From: a virus
Taxonomy: Duplodnaviria; Caudoviricetes
Virus record (IMG/VR): IMGVR_UViG_2531839301_000007
Span: 1 to 64,000 of that record
Length of the DNA stretch: 64,000 bases
Strand: one strand, 5' to 3'
Of this stretch, positions 50,271 through 59,824 are shown one piece after another. The notes under the pieces were generated by a model. It was given only the letters and a program-made list of their open reading frames with translations. It was not told the DNA's origin and searched no databases. The position numbers and the translations under genes were made by a program. Each line of letters starts with the position of its first letter. Position 1 is the stretch's first letter.

Positions 50271-50387
50271 AGCTTGTCTTTTGGGGCGGTAATGCGAATA
50301 ACGGTGCGAACTGCGGCTTGGCGTATGCGAACTCGAATAACGCTTGGTCGAACTCGAATGCGAATGTCGGCTCTCGCCATACTTATT
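50271..50387 (+). repeat. DGR template repeat (TR) with IMH*
   Basis: AAT/AAC-rich copy 290 nt downstream of VR. Confidence 0.97.
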
Positions 50388-50658
50388 TAATCGTGGAGAA
50401 ATCTGCGAGTTCCCTGAACCATGACCCTGCAATATTATGGTTGCAGCGTAGTAACCAGTAAGTTACGATGTCAAAAAAACACGTGCGGAAAGGTCTGTTC
50501 ATCTTGCGAAAACAGACAAGCGGCGTTAGTAGGTTTATTCTCGAAAGCTCCGGGCAAATTATTCAAGCAAGCAAAATGGACTTGCAATATCGGAATAATT
50601 GAAATAGGTCTGAAGAAGACAAAATTAAAAGTATGGTGTAAATTTTAAATAGAAGGTA

Positions 50659-52088
50659 ATGACTAAGAGAAGAGGATTTTTGATAGAACAGATTGCTGAT
50701 ATGGATAATCTTCGGGAAGCGGATAGAGATGCGCAGGATGGAAAGGTAAAGAAGAACCGATTTATCCGCCGTCACAACGAGCACGCCAAAGATGATTTAG
50801 AGGCTTTAAGGGAAATGATATTAACGCTGAACTTTCCTGACCCGAACTTCAGTATTATGACGGTTGTCAGTGATGCGGGGAAGAGAAGGGATATTGCAAA
50901 ACAAAGCTATTTCCCGTGGCGTATTCTCCACCATGCCATAATGAGGGTAATTGGGGAAGAGCTTTATAAGAGCCTCATTCTTGATACGAGTGCTTGTATA
51001 AAAGGAAAGGGATTGCATTTTGGAGTCAGGCGCATGAAGATGTTTCTACGTAGGTATCCTGAATATAAATGGTTTGTAAAGACCGATTTCAAAAAGTTCT
51101 ATCAGAGTATTCCACATGAAGTATTGCTTAATGCGCTTCGCCGGAAATTCAAAGACGAGAAGTTTATAAAGCTGATTGAGATTGCATTATTGAGTTATGA
51201 TAGCGGAGAAGAGTTAATTGAAATTTTGGAAAATGAAGAACTTCGGAAAAAGAGGTGTACCGATTGGAGCATACACAAGCCAACCACTCGGAAATTTCGC
51301 TGTAAGCCCGATAGACCACAAGTTCAAAGAACAGTATAAGGTCAAATGTTTGCATCGGTATTGTGATGATAACGTGATGCTTGCTCGGACAAAAGGTGAA
51401 GCTAAGTTCCTACTTCGGGAATATAACCGGGTAAGTGCAGAATATGGATTGGTTGTGAAAGGGAATAGTTGTATTTCTCCAATAGGAACGGAAGTTAGGC
51501 ATGAAAACAAAAAACATAGAAAGCGAAAAAGAAGTAAGAGGAAGAAGGATTAGCTTCTTGGGATATTGCTTTACACCGGACAATGTAAGGCTTCGTAAGA
51601 ACATGAAGAAAACCTTCGCGCGAAAAGATAAACGAATAAAGAGCCGTAAACGTAAGCAACAAATCCGTGCATCATACTGGGGATGGTGTAAATGGGGAGA
51701 TTGCCGAAATTTATGGAAAACAATAACAGATAATGATATGAGTTTTGCTGACAAAGGAATCAAACAAAGTGGAAAGACAAAGGACGGAAAGAAGTTCTTT
51801 GATGTTTCGGAAATGAGATTAATGGAAATTTTGAATATTCCCATTAAGGTATTGGATTTTGAAACAAACGTGAAGACTTCACAGGGAGACGGAAGGTATT
51901 GTGTACTGTTTGAAATGAATGGTGCAAAATACAAGTTCATAACAAATTGCTTTAACCTGAAAGATGTGCTCGATCAAGCAAGGCTACGGGAACAAGAAAC
52001 GGGCGATAAGATTTTCCCGGTGGAGAATGTGATTATTAAAAGACGTGCACTTCGTGAAGGAAAGAGTGCTTATTATTTTGATGAATAA
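50659..52088 (+). CDS. DGR reverse transcriptase split over three frames (50659-51339, 51233-51553, 51501-52088), with a fused 116-aa C-terminal domain
   Basis: Frame A: KTDFKKFYQSI; frame B: GVPIGAYTSQ and RYCDD; frame C: ISFLGY and ASYWGW thumb. Confidence 0.9.
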
Positions 52089-52105
52089 TTTAAAAGGAGG
52101 TAAAA

Positions 52106-52480
52106 ATGAAAGCGTACAGTGATTTTAATGGAGTGGTGCCCGAAGGTGTACAAGTTACAGTGGAAGGTAGTTTGGTGCGATTGTTCTTTGATTATGCCAA
52201 AAACGAAATTACCGTTGAAGGTGAAAAGCGTGAACAGTTGGTTTGTGAGAATGTAAATGCAAGCGGGAGAACGTATGAAGAGCTTGTCAGTGCTATTGTA
52301 ACTGACCGCTATTCGGCAGATAGACGTGAAGCCGTATTCGCCAATTATGAAGAAGCCAAAGATGAAACGAGTGAACTAACTGAAGTAAAACGCGCTGAAT
52401 ATTTAAAGGAATATTCTGATTTTCAGGCATGGCGTAAACGCGCAAAAGAAGTAGCAAATGAAGTATTAGCAAAATTGTAA
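52106..52480 (+). CDS. Phage hypothetical protein
   Basis: 124 aa, after the RT. Confidence 0.7.
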   Translation: MKAYSDFNGVVPEGVQVTVEGSLVRLFFDYAKNEITVEGEKREQLVCENVNASGRTYEELVSAIVTDRYSADRREAVFANYEEAKDETSELTEVKRAEYLKEYSDFQAWRKRAKEVANEVLAKL

Positions 52481-52484
52481 TAGA

Positions 52485-53804
52485 ATGAAGATACAAGGAC
52501 ATATAATAATAAGAAGAAAACCCAAAAACGGAGATAATGGGCAGGACGCGGTTCTCTATGAACTGATGCCAAGTGGACAAATTATCAATTTTTCCAATGA
52601 CAATGTGTTTTCTCCAAGTTTTGTCACTTGTTCTATTAAGAAGATACAAGGCAATAATCTTATTATGCTTACTACTGCATCCGCATTATCTACCGAAGGA
52701 CTTCGATTAAGTTATGCTATGGATGATGGTTCTGATGGTGACACAGTTATCAATCCTACCACTAAAGTATATCCGAATGATAAAATATCATATATAAATT
52801 TTACTCTTAAAAAGAATGAAGCAATAATAGATAAGAAGACTATTCAAATATGCAATGATGGTAAAGATGGAGAGAAGGGAGAAGACGGATTACAGGGGTG
52901 CATCCTTCGGCAATCTGAATGGGCATCTGGCGTAGAGTATCGCAATGACGAGGCTCTTATTTCCGGTACTCGGTACTTGGATATTGCCATTGTAACAACT
53001 GGTGCTAATACTTTCAACGCTTATAAATGCTTGAAGACACATGTTTCCAGTTCTTCTATTCCGGTTACTAACACAACATATTGGCAGAAGTTTAATACTC
53101 TTCAGCCTGTTTATACTCCATTAATTATGGCTCAAAATGCTATTCTTCGGTTTATGCAGGGGAATCAGCTTTTGATTATGAAGCCTGATGGAAAAACTAT
53201 TGTAGCAGGACTCGTTGGTGGAGACATACCATTTTGGGTCGGAGGGGAAACGCCTAATAATGCTTCTGTGTATTTCGGAATGGCGGGTAACGGGCAGTTA
53301 GCGCATGGAAATATCAGTTGGAATGAAGCTGGTGATTTGACTTGTGAAAGAGGTATTTTTAAAGTGGGTATAAAAAAAATATATCGTAAAGTTAGTTTAG
53401 ATAAATATACTTCAGAATCTTTCAAAGCAGACCTTACAACTGGGTTGAATTTTGTTTTTACCAAAAATACAGGAAACGATACACATTATATGACTTTGCC
53501 AACTTCCACTGATTTAGATGGATTCGATTCTGAAATGATATTTTATGGTAATCCGGGAGCAGTAATGATTAGTGGAGAAAATGGTACATATCCTTTTATG
53601 TACAATGGCATGAGAGTAAAACAAATTAAAATAGGCTCTTTTCCTCGGCGTTTGCATTTAAGTGCGAGAATAAGTAATGATATTGGAGGGTCTAATAGGA
53701 TTGAATGGTGGATTGTAAATACTTCAGATTTTACTTTACAAGGAAAAATTTCAAGTAGTGGGTATTATAATTATGTAGAATCACAATATTACAATTCATT
53801 GTAA
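52485..53804 (+). CDS. Tail fibre-like protein
   Basis: Short collagen-like GKDGEKGEDGLQG; WASGVEYRND repeat-type motif. Confidence 0.65.
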   Translation: MKIQGHIIIRRKPKNGDNGQDAVLYELMPSGQIINFSNDNVFSPSFVTCSIKKIQGNNLIMLTTASALSTEGLRLSYAMDDGSDGDTVINPTTKVYPNDKISYINFTLKKNEAIIDKKTIQICNDGKDGEKGEDGLQGCILRQSEWASGVEYRNDEALISGTRYLDIAIVTTGANTFNAYKCLKTHVSSSSIPVTNTTYWQKFNTLQPVYTPLIMAQNAILRFMQGNQLLIMKPDGKTIVAGLVGGDIPFWVGGETPNNASVYFGMAGNGQLAHGNISWNEAGDLTCERGIFKVGIKKIYRKVSLDKYTSESFKADLTTGLNFVFTKNTGNDTHYMTLPTSTDLDGFDSEMIFYGNPGAVMISGENGTYPFMYNGMRVKQIKIGSFPRRLHLSARISNDIGGSNRIEWWIVNTSDFTLQGKISSSGYYNYVESQYYNSL

Positions 53805-53833
53805 ATAATATTATACACAAACACAGGATAACA

Positions 53834-54319
53834 ATGAAAGAATTGAATGAATTATTTGTAATTGCATGGATGCTATTTGGCATCTACATGCTTGTATTAT
53901 TGCTGATCGGGGCAGATTTATGGAGTGGATACAGAAAAGCTAAACAAAGAGGTGAAGCAAGAACGAGTTATATGCTTAGAAAAACCGTTGATAAAATCGC
54001 ACGGTACTATAACGCATTATTGGCTTTGACCTTCGTTGATTGTATGCAGATGGGGGGAATTTGGTTTTTGGACAACTATTATGATTGGCATATCCCGATT
54101 TTCCCGTTAGTAACATTGTTGGGTGCAATCGCTTTCGGTGCCATAGAAGTCAAAAGCATTTATGAAAAGGCAGAAGATAAAATGAAGGACGACTATCGAC
54201 AAGTAGCCATACTTGCTGCTGAAATAGCAAAGCATAAAAACGAGCCTGACAAGATGATACATGCAGTTGATGATTTTATGAATAAAAATAACAAAGGAAA
54301 TAAGGAGGAACAGAAATGA
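53834..54319 (+). CDS. Holin
   Basis: TMs; ADLWSG.RKAK.RGE...LRKTVDK motif; precedes the lysin. Confidence 0.8.
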   Translation: MKELNELFVIAWMLFGIYMLVLLLIGADLWSGYRKAKQRGEARTSYMLRKTVDKIARYYNALLALTFVDCMQMGGIWFLDNYYDWHIPIFPLVTLLGAIAFGAIEVKSIYEKAEDKMKDDYRQVAILAAEIAKHKNEPDKMIHAVDDFMNKNNKGNKEEQK

Positions 54320-54732
54320 CACGAGGACTACGAAATAACAATCCATTGAATATTAGGAAGAATAGCACAAAATGGCAGGGCTTATCTGCAACACAAACAG
54401 ATAAGAGCTTCTTTCAATTCACGTCTATGGCATACGGATACCGGGCTGCTTTTAAGACTCTCCAAACATACATCTTGAACAAGTATGATACTGATAAAGA
54501 TGGAGTGTCAAACGAACTTGAAGATGTCATAATGAGATGGGCACCGCCATGTGAGAATAATACAGAATCGTATATTTCCACAGTAGAACGGCGTTCAGGG
54601 GTATCCCGACATACTGTTTTACGTAGAGACAATAAAGAACAGCTTATTGCGATAGTTTCTGCTATGAGCTATGTTGAGAATGGCGTTCCGGCTAATATGG
54701 AAGACGTTAGGAAAGGATGGGAATTGATATAA
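54316..54732 (+). CDS. Endolysin, lysozyme-like
   Basis: RGLRNNNPLNIR, YGYRA, RWAPPCENNTESY. Confidence 0.72.
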   Translation: MTRGLRNNNPLNIRKNSTKWQGLSATQTDKSFFQFTSMAYGYRAAFKTLQTYILNKYDTDKDGVSNELEDVIMRWAPPCENNTESYISTVERRSGVSRHTVLRRDNKEQLIAIVSAMSYVENGVPANMEDVRKGWELI

Positions 54733-54755
54733 TAACTATCATAAAACAGAACTGT

Positions 54756-55457
54756 ATGATAAGTCTAAATTTTATTCAAGTGGAAGACGGGTGGTTTGAG
54801 AGCCAGCCGATTCAGGTGTCGGGGAACATTGCTATTAACCTGACTTTTGATGATACAAATGACAACCGGGTAGTACTACTGAAAAGTTCTACCGGGCATA
54901 GTTATGTGTCGTTTAAGGAGAATCTTAATGTTGGTTCTTGTTGTGATATGAATGAGAATTATCTAATTCCCGGTCAATATATCAAAGTGCGAGTTAATAA
55001 ACTTCCGGCAACATCATCTTTGTTGGAAGACCTACAAGGGAGCTTCGCAAGTAAGCAAGATTTGTTTGTTGAAAGTGGAAGGGCACAGACAGAGGAATCA
55101 AAACTGGAACAGTCTATCAATAGTGTGAAGCAAGCATTAGATACGCTGGTTAAAGGTGTAGATGCGACTACGGCTATTGATACATTTAAGGAGATTGAGG
55201 ATTTCTTGGCAGGAGTAACGAATGAGAAGACCTTAACCGGGATGCTTGCTGCCGTTGATGGAAAGGCTGGCACTGCGCAAACGACTGCCGACTCTGCAAA
55301 GAAAACGGCGTCTTCTGCTTTGGCAAAAGCAACTGAAAACGGAACAAAACTTGCTACTATTCCTGACATGCCAGCCAATGACGGGAAAATATATGGATTC
55401 TGTAATGGTGCATGGATAGTGATAGCTGAAAGTGGTAAATCTGTATATACAACATAA
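54756..55457 (+). CDS. Phage structural/hypothetical protein
   Basis: AIDTFKEIEDFL fibre-type motif. Confidence 0.55.
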   Translation: MISLNFIQVEDGWFESQPIQVSGNIAINLTFDDTNDNRVVLLKSSTGHSYVSFKENLNVGSCCDMNENYLIPGQYIKVRVNKLPATSSLLEDLQGSFASKQDLFVESGRAQTEESKLEQSINSVKQALDTLVKGVDATTAIDTFKEIEDFLAGVTNEKTLTGMLAAVDGKAGTAQTTADSAKKTASSALAKATENGTKLATIPDMPANDGKIYGFCNGAWIVIAESGKSVYTT

Positions 55458-55459
55458 CA

Positions 55460-56023
55460 ATGAAAAGCAAATTACCAATAGGAATAGTGATAGCGGTATT
55501 GATTGCCGCTATCATTTGCCTCTCCAATTTATTGAAGAAGGAGCGTATTGAAAGTAAACGTCAGTCCGGGAATGTTGAGGCACTGTTTTCAGAGTTGAAA
55601 ACTTATAAGGTGAGGGATAGCCTCAACGTGGCTGAAAGTAAACAGCTTCGCTTGACTATCGAAGAACTGAAGGAGTATCGTGAAGCTGATGCAAAATTGA
55701 TTAAGGAGTTGAAATTAAAGCCATCACAGGTAGAGTATATAGCTCACACGAAAGTGGTAACAAAAGATAGTATTGTCTTTGTGCTGAAAGATAGCTGCTT
55801 CAATTATGCGGATAGGTGGGCGGAGTTTAACGGTTGCATCAGGTCTGATACAGTAGATTTTAACTATCAGACATCAGATAGTCTTTCTACCGTAGTGAAT
55901 CGGGAATATAAACATCATTTCTTATGGTTCCGGTGGGGTACAAAGGGGTATCGGATGAAAATAGTGAACCATAATCCACGATCACGGATAACATACAATG
56001 AATTTATAAAGATTGAGAAGTAG
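55460..56023 (+). CDS. Spanin-like protein
   Basis: N-terminal TM plus coiled coil at the end of the lysis cassette. Confidence 0.55.
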   Translation: MKSKLPIGIVIAVLIAAIICLSNLLKKERIESKRQSGNVEALFSELKTYKVRDSLNVAESKQLRLTIEELKEYREADAKLIKELKLKPSQVEYIAHTKVVTKDSIVFVLKDSCFNYADRWAEFNGCIRSDTVDFNYQTSDSLSTVVNREYKHHFLWFRWGTKGYRMKIVNHNPRSRITYNEFIKIEK

Positions 56024-56024
56024 C

Positions 56025-56057
56025 GGGTGGTAATAGTAACCACCCTTTTACTTTTTT
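56025..56057. terminator. Terminator between convergent arms
   Basis: GGGTGGT...ACCACCC followed by a U run. Confidence 0.7.
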
Positions 56058-56448
56058 AGAAAGGCAAATCATCCTTATTGTCGTTATCGAACATTTGCTG
56101 TTGTGTCGGTTGTGGGGGAGTCGGTTGTTGAGGCGGTGCCGTAGCGTAATTTGGCTGACTGGGTGCCGTTTGCTGACCCGGATTGCGAACAATGACTTTC
56201 CAACATGTGATTGAGTTATACCACTTACCATTCCATTCAGTCGCATTAATATCAATGTGAATGTCTACTTCTTGACCGACTGTTAATCCAAAATTCATAA
56301 TGTTATCGTTCATAACAGAGAAAGCTATCTTTTTAGGATATTGCTCTTTTGTCTCGATAACATAATCTTGGCGCGACCACTCTTTCCCGGCTTTAGAAAC
56401 TCCGCCTTGCGCTGGAAGTGCTACAATTATTTTCCCGCTAATTTCCAT
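56056..56448 (-). CDS. DUF3127 OB-fold (SSB-like) protein
   Basis: GVSKAGKEWSRQDYVIET..YPKKIAF; DDLPF tail. Confidence 0.8.
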   Translation of the reverse strand: MEISGKIIVALPAQGGVSKAGKEWSRQDYVIETKEQYPKKIAFSVMNDNIMNFGLTVGQEVDIHIDINATEWNGKWYNSITCWKVIVRNPGQQTAPSQPNYATAPPQQPTPPQPTQQQMFDNDNKDDLPF

Positions 56449-56466
56449 TATAATATGTTTTTTAAG

Positions 56467-57111
56467 TTACACAGCCGGATTCAATTTGTCTGACGTGCTG
56501 ATTGCCCGGCTGATTATGTTACAATCCGTCAGTTTTCTTTGTATGATTTGCATTGCCATTTTGCAATTAGAACTTTCGTTCAAGTTGATGTATTCTTTGC
56601 TTTGATAGAGAATATTTGATAATCCATCAACATAGCTGAAAAGTGCTGTAAGGCGAAGATAAGTAAGCCTTTTCACATCTTGATTATATGGAGTTGCTTC
56701 TTCTATTCGTTTATCAAGCGACAAACAAGATAACTCGCACATGCACCGGGTCAATTCCATTTTTGCAAGGAGAGCACTATCTTTGAGTTTATGTTTGTCA
56801 AACTCTGATTTGATGCTGTATTCCATTTTCAGTAAATCAGGCTGTAACTCTTCAGAAATAACTTCGTTAGCGTCCGCCATGAAGAAGATGCGTTTCCCGG
56901 AAATCTCGGCAATGCGCTTTTCATATTTCCGCATTTCATTCTCTATGCGTTTGGCTTGTTGTTTCACATTGAAACGGTAATATGGTGATTTCTTCAGTTG
57001 GCTTATGAAATCTACCACAAGTCCACAAACAACATCATTAGTAAATAGTATATTGTAAACGGCAGTAAGTGTGACATTCTCCGCTATATCCCGGCTTATT
57101 TGTTTTTCCAT
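56467..57111 (-). CDS. Phage hypothetical protein
   Basis: 214-aa helical ORF. Confidence 0.65.
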   Translation of the reverse strand: MEKQISRDIAENVTLTAVYNILFTNDVVCGLVVDFISQLKKSPYYRFNVKQQAKRIENEMRKYEKRIAEISGKRIFFMADANEVISEELQPDLLKMEYSIKSEFDKHKLKDSALLAKMELTRCMCELSCLSLDKRIEEATPYNQDVKRLTYLRLTALFSYVDGLSNILYQSKEYINLNESSNCKMAMQIIQRKLTDCNIISRAISTSDKLNPAV

Positions 57112-57199
57112 ACGTTCATTAAATCTTTGATTATTACTTTAAGGATACAAATAAGGGCAACCATTTCGATTGCCCTTATAATCCATTGTATTATACTCA

Positions 57200-57493
57200 T
57201 TAATCATTCCTTATTTGATTAAAGTCCATTTTTGCTTTTATCAGAGCATCTATATCACTTCCGAAATGATTAAGAGTGCTCATGGCTACAAGTATTACGT
57301 CTGCCAATTCCTCTTCAAAATCAGAGAAGTGCTCAATGTGCGAGCTTTTCTTCCCTTCAGCATTGAACACTTCTGCAACTTCATTCAGTAAATCACGGTG
57401 GAAATTATTTTCTTCGTCTATAAGACTTATCTTTCCACGGCGAACGGCGCAATCATGCGCTTTCTTAGCAATTTCATTTAGATTTTCAACCAT
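57200..57493 (-). CDS. MazG-like NTP pyrophosphohydrolase
   Basis: NEVAEV...EEELADVIL...KMDFN. Confidence 0.7.
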   Translation of the reverse strand: MVENLNEIAKKAHDCAVRRGKISLIDEENNFHRDLLNEVAEVFNAEGKKSSHIEHFSDFEEELADVILVAMSTLNHFGSDIDALIKAKMDFNQIRND

Positions 57494-57596
57494 GATTTAC
57501 TACAATTCCTAAGCTGAACATCGAAATTAATATCTACTTTAAAAGTTATTCTATCCATATTACATATTAATATTATTATCCATAAGTTTATTTATT

Positions 57597-57878
57597 TTAT
57601 TTTCTAAAAAACATATCTCCCGAAATGGATCGGGCTGTATCATCACCGGTAAGACGAATATACCTGAAGAAGTTTTGTTCTGTCCGGTGCCCGGTGAATT
57701 GACCTACAGTTTCGGGAATGACTACATAGGGAACATTTCGGCTTGTCTCCGATAATGACTGCCTGTCTTCTACAATGTAAGTATTACCACACTCATGATA
57801 ATAGTACCCGGTAATCCATTTCCCATTATCGGCAGACTTCCCTCTGAATTTTATTGTACGATTCATTTTAATTCTCAT
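57597..57878 (-). CDS. YopX-like protein, probably 3'-truncated
   Basis: IKFRGK...GKWITG...ETVGQFTG, then the usual GKEIYEGDI is missing. Confidence 0.6.
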   Translation of the reverse strand: MRIKMNRTIKFRGKSADNGKWITGYYYHECGNTYIVEDRQSLSETSRNVPYVVIPETVGQFTGHRTEQNFFRYIRLTGDDTARSISGDMFFRK

Positions 57879-58065
57879 CTAAATTTATCAAATCCATTTT
57901 ACTGACAGCCTTTAAGACTCTTAGGATATCCTCCTGAAAGTCTATAACCTGTTGGTTACGCACTCTCTTTTTCAACTCTATCAGGGATAGTTCCTGTATT
58001 CTTATCAAAGATGAAATATCGTTCACCAACTCAATTGTAATTTCTTTTTTCTTAGATTGTTTCAT
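57868..58065 (-). CDS. Phage hypothetical protein
   Basis: Operon packing. Confidence 0.55.
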   Translation of the reverse strand: MKQSKKKEITIELVNDISSLIRIQELSLIELKKRVRNQQVIDFQEDILRVLKAVSKMDLINLDEN

Positions 58066-58067
58066 AA

Positions 58068-58505
58068 TTATTCCTTTCCTTTAAAGTGTTCGATTAGCTC
58101 TTCTACGGTAGCCTTGTGATAATTTCCCATGTTAGTATCTTTAGGTATAGAATCAAAAGCTAATGTTCTATATACAGTATTACATGGTGAACAACATTCT
58201 GTTTTTGGATGATATGCCCATTCTTCTCCATTGGTGAACCATTGATTTTCGTTTGTATCATCCCTGAGTGAAGCGATAGCCAAGAAAAGTTCTTCGTTAG
58301 TTCCGCAATCAATATCATTAGTTTTACGAATATCTTCATTGTCGAGCCATTCAGGGTGTATAGAATGATAAAAATTAAGATAGGCAGCTGTACACAAACA
58401 AGACCTATCACGTCTTAATGAAGAACAGTTATATCCCAACTCCTCCAACTTCTTCCGAAGCTCCGGTGTGTTGCGTCTAATAAACGCTGCTGTTGTAAAT
58501 CCCAT
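58068..58505 (-). CDS. Phage hypothetical protein
   Basis: Operon packing. Confidence 0.6.
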   Translation of the reverse strand: MGFTTAAFIRRNTPELRKKLEELGYNCSSLRRDRSCLCTAAYLNFYHSIHPEWLDNEDIRKTNDIDCGTNEELFLAIASLRDDTNENQWFTNGEEWAYHPKTECCSPCNTVYRTLAFDSIPKDTNMGNYHKATVEELIEHFKGKE

Positions 58506-58507
58506 AG

Positions 58508-58699
58508 TTAGTCCTCCTTTCTGTATCTTTTAATGACAGCACTTTTGTTGAAAATAAATAGTTTTATCAAAGCTATAATTAGCTTTAATAGCTCTAATTT
58601 GCCGACAATGATGACGTTAATATCATAGATAATATTATACCAATTTCGATATGGCTTAAGACACCTGAAAACAGTAGTCACATTTGTTATTTTCTTCAT
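58508..58699 (-). CDS. Phage hypothetical protein
   Basis: Operon packing. Confidence 0.45.
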   Translation of the reverse strand: MKKITNVTTVFRCLKPYRNWYNIIYDINVIIVGKLELLKLIIALIKLFIFNKSAVIKRYRKED

Positions 58700-58721
58700 T
58701 TCTTTATTGTTTTGAGCCTAA

Positions 58722-59516
58722 TTAGGCTACATCGTTAATACTAATTTCTCCTTTCAAAACTCGTTCTACCTGCCTGTCGATTATCTCTTGAAACTCTATC
58801 TGGCAGATAAGAGAGCAATCCGGTATAATTTCTTCCACTGGGTCACCTCGCCACGTTGGTAGTTCATCAAGGAAGATTCGCCCGTCTTTATCTTTTAGGC
58901 ATGTTGCACCTACATCACGTTCAATCTGTGCCATTTGAGCAAATACCTCCGGGAAGTCTTTCCGGATTTTGTTCCAGTAGCCCATGCCACCTTTCACACA
59001 GCCGATGCAGTTGTTGTTATTGTATCCCATCCTGTACATGGCGGGGATTTCAATACCGGCTTTCCAAAGCATACCCATAGCATCCGACTTTGTAATCTGC
59101 TTTTCAATGAGCGGAAACAGTGGCTTTGTGTCTGGATACTGCTGTTTCAAGCGGATAGCCCGGTTAATCTCTTTTGGATCGTAATCGAATCCCCAAACTT
59201 GACCGTCCCAAGAACCAAGTTCCTTTTCTAACTTATACCGAACTTGTTTCTTCAGTTCGAATGTACAAGCTGCACCAGTCGGACCATTGATGTACCGTTT
59301 TTTAATCAGTACATCTTCTACGTTGAAATACTTATCGCTGCGAATGGTGTGTATTGGCTGATCGTACCATTTTTCACAATCCGCAAGGAATCGGGCGTTA
59401 TCAGGATGTCCGGAGCCTGTCTCGATGTAGTAAATCTGCACATCATCGTATAGACTTAATGCTATCTTACAAGCAACTGCGGATGTTGCACCACAAGAAA
59501 ACCATGTTATTATCAT
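58722..59516 (-). CDS. PAPS-reductase-like / PP-loop protein
   Basis: WFSCGATSAV PP-loop-like, CTFELKK, NNNCIGCVKGG. Confidence 0.7.
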   Translation of the reverse strand: MIITWFSCGATSAVACKIALSLYDDVQIYYIETGSGHPDNARFLADCEKWYDQPIHTIRSDKYFNVEDVLIKKRYINGPTGAACTFELKKQVRYKLEKELGSWDGQVWGFDYDPKEINRAIRLKQQYPDTKPLFPLIEKQITKSDAMGMLWKAGIEIPAMYRMGYNNNNCIGCVKGGMGYWNKIRKDFPEVFAQMAQIERDVGATCLKDKDGRIFLDELPTWRGDPVEEIIPDCSLICQIEFQEIIDRQVERVLKGEISINDVA

Positions 59517-59538
59517 TTGATTACTTTCTTTTTCGTTA

Positions 59539-59820
59539 TTAGTTATTCTTTGAAATCCAGTTATCAGTATCACAGTGGAAGCAATATCCGCTTTTAGGAT
59601 GTTCCGCACCGTCTTTAGCTCCACAAGTTCCGCAATAATACTCCTTATCATATTCCGGAGAAAGACCTTTATTCCGTTCTTTGATTACTGCTTTTCTTTC
59701 TTCAAGCATCATCATTTTATCGGGATTACGGCTCAAATAAAACTTTCTGACTTTATGTATTTGCTTTTCAAACAGTTCGTCAGATTCTGCAATTTGTTTG
59801 GCTGTATATTTCATATCCAT
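59539..59820 (-). CDS. Zinc-ribbon hypothetical protein
   Basis: CGTCG...CFHCD. Confidence 0.6.
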   Translation of the reverse strand: MDMKYTAKQIAESDELFEKQIHKVRKFYLSRNPDKMMMLEERKAVIKERNKGLSPEYDKEYYCGTCGAKDGAEHPKSGYCFHCDTDNWISKNN

Positions 59821-59824
59821 TTTG

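Noticed and set aside
50421-50648. 75-aa ORF as Avd
   Set aside because: Too short, Cys-rich and not helical; it overlaps the structured TR-RT spacer.
50659-52088. Group II intron, retron or plain pseudogene RT
   Set aside because: The IGxxxSQ signature and adjacent TR/VR make it a DGR RT. Simple decay is kept as an alternative but not preferred, because both breaks share the same geometry and spare all motifs.
52485-53804. Second DGR target
   Set aside because: No TR-like sequence in this gene's 3' end, and none noticed elsewhere in the window.
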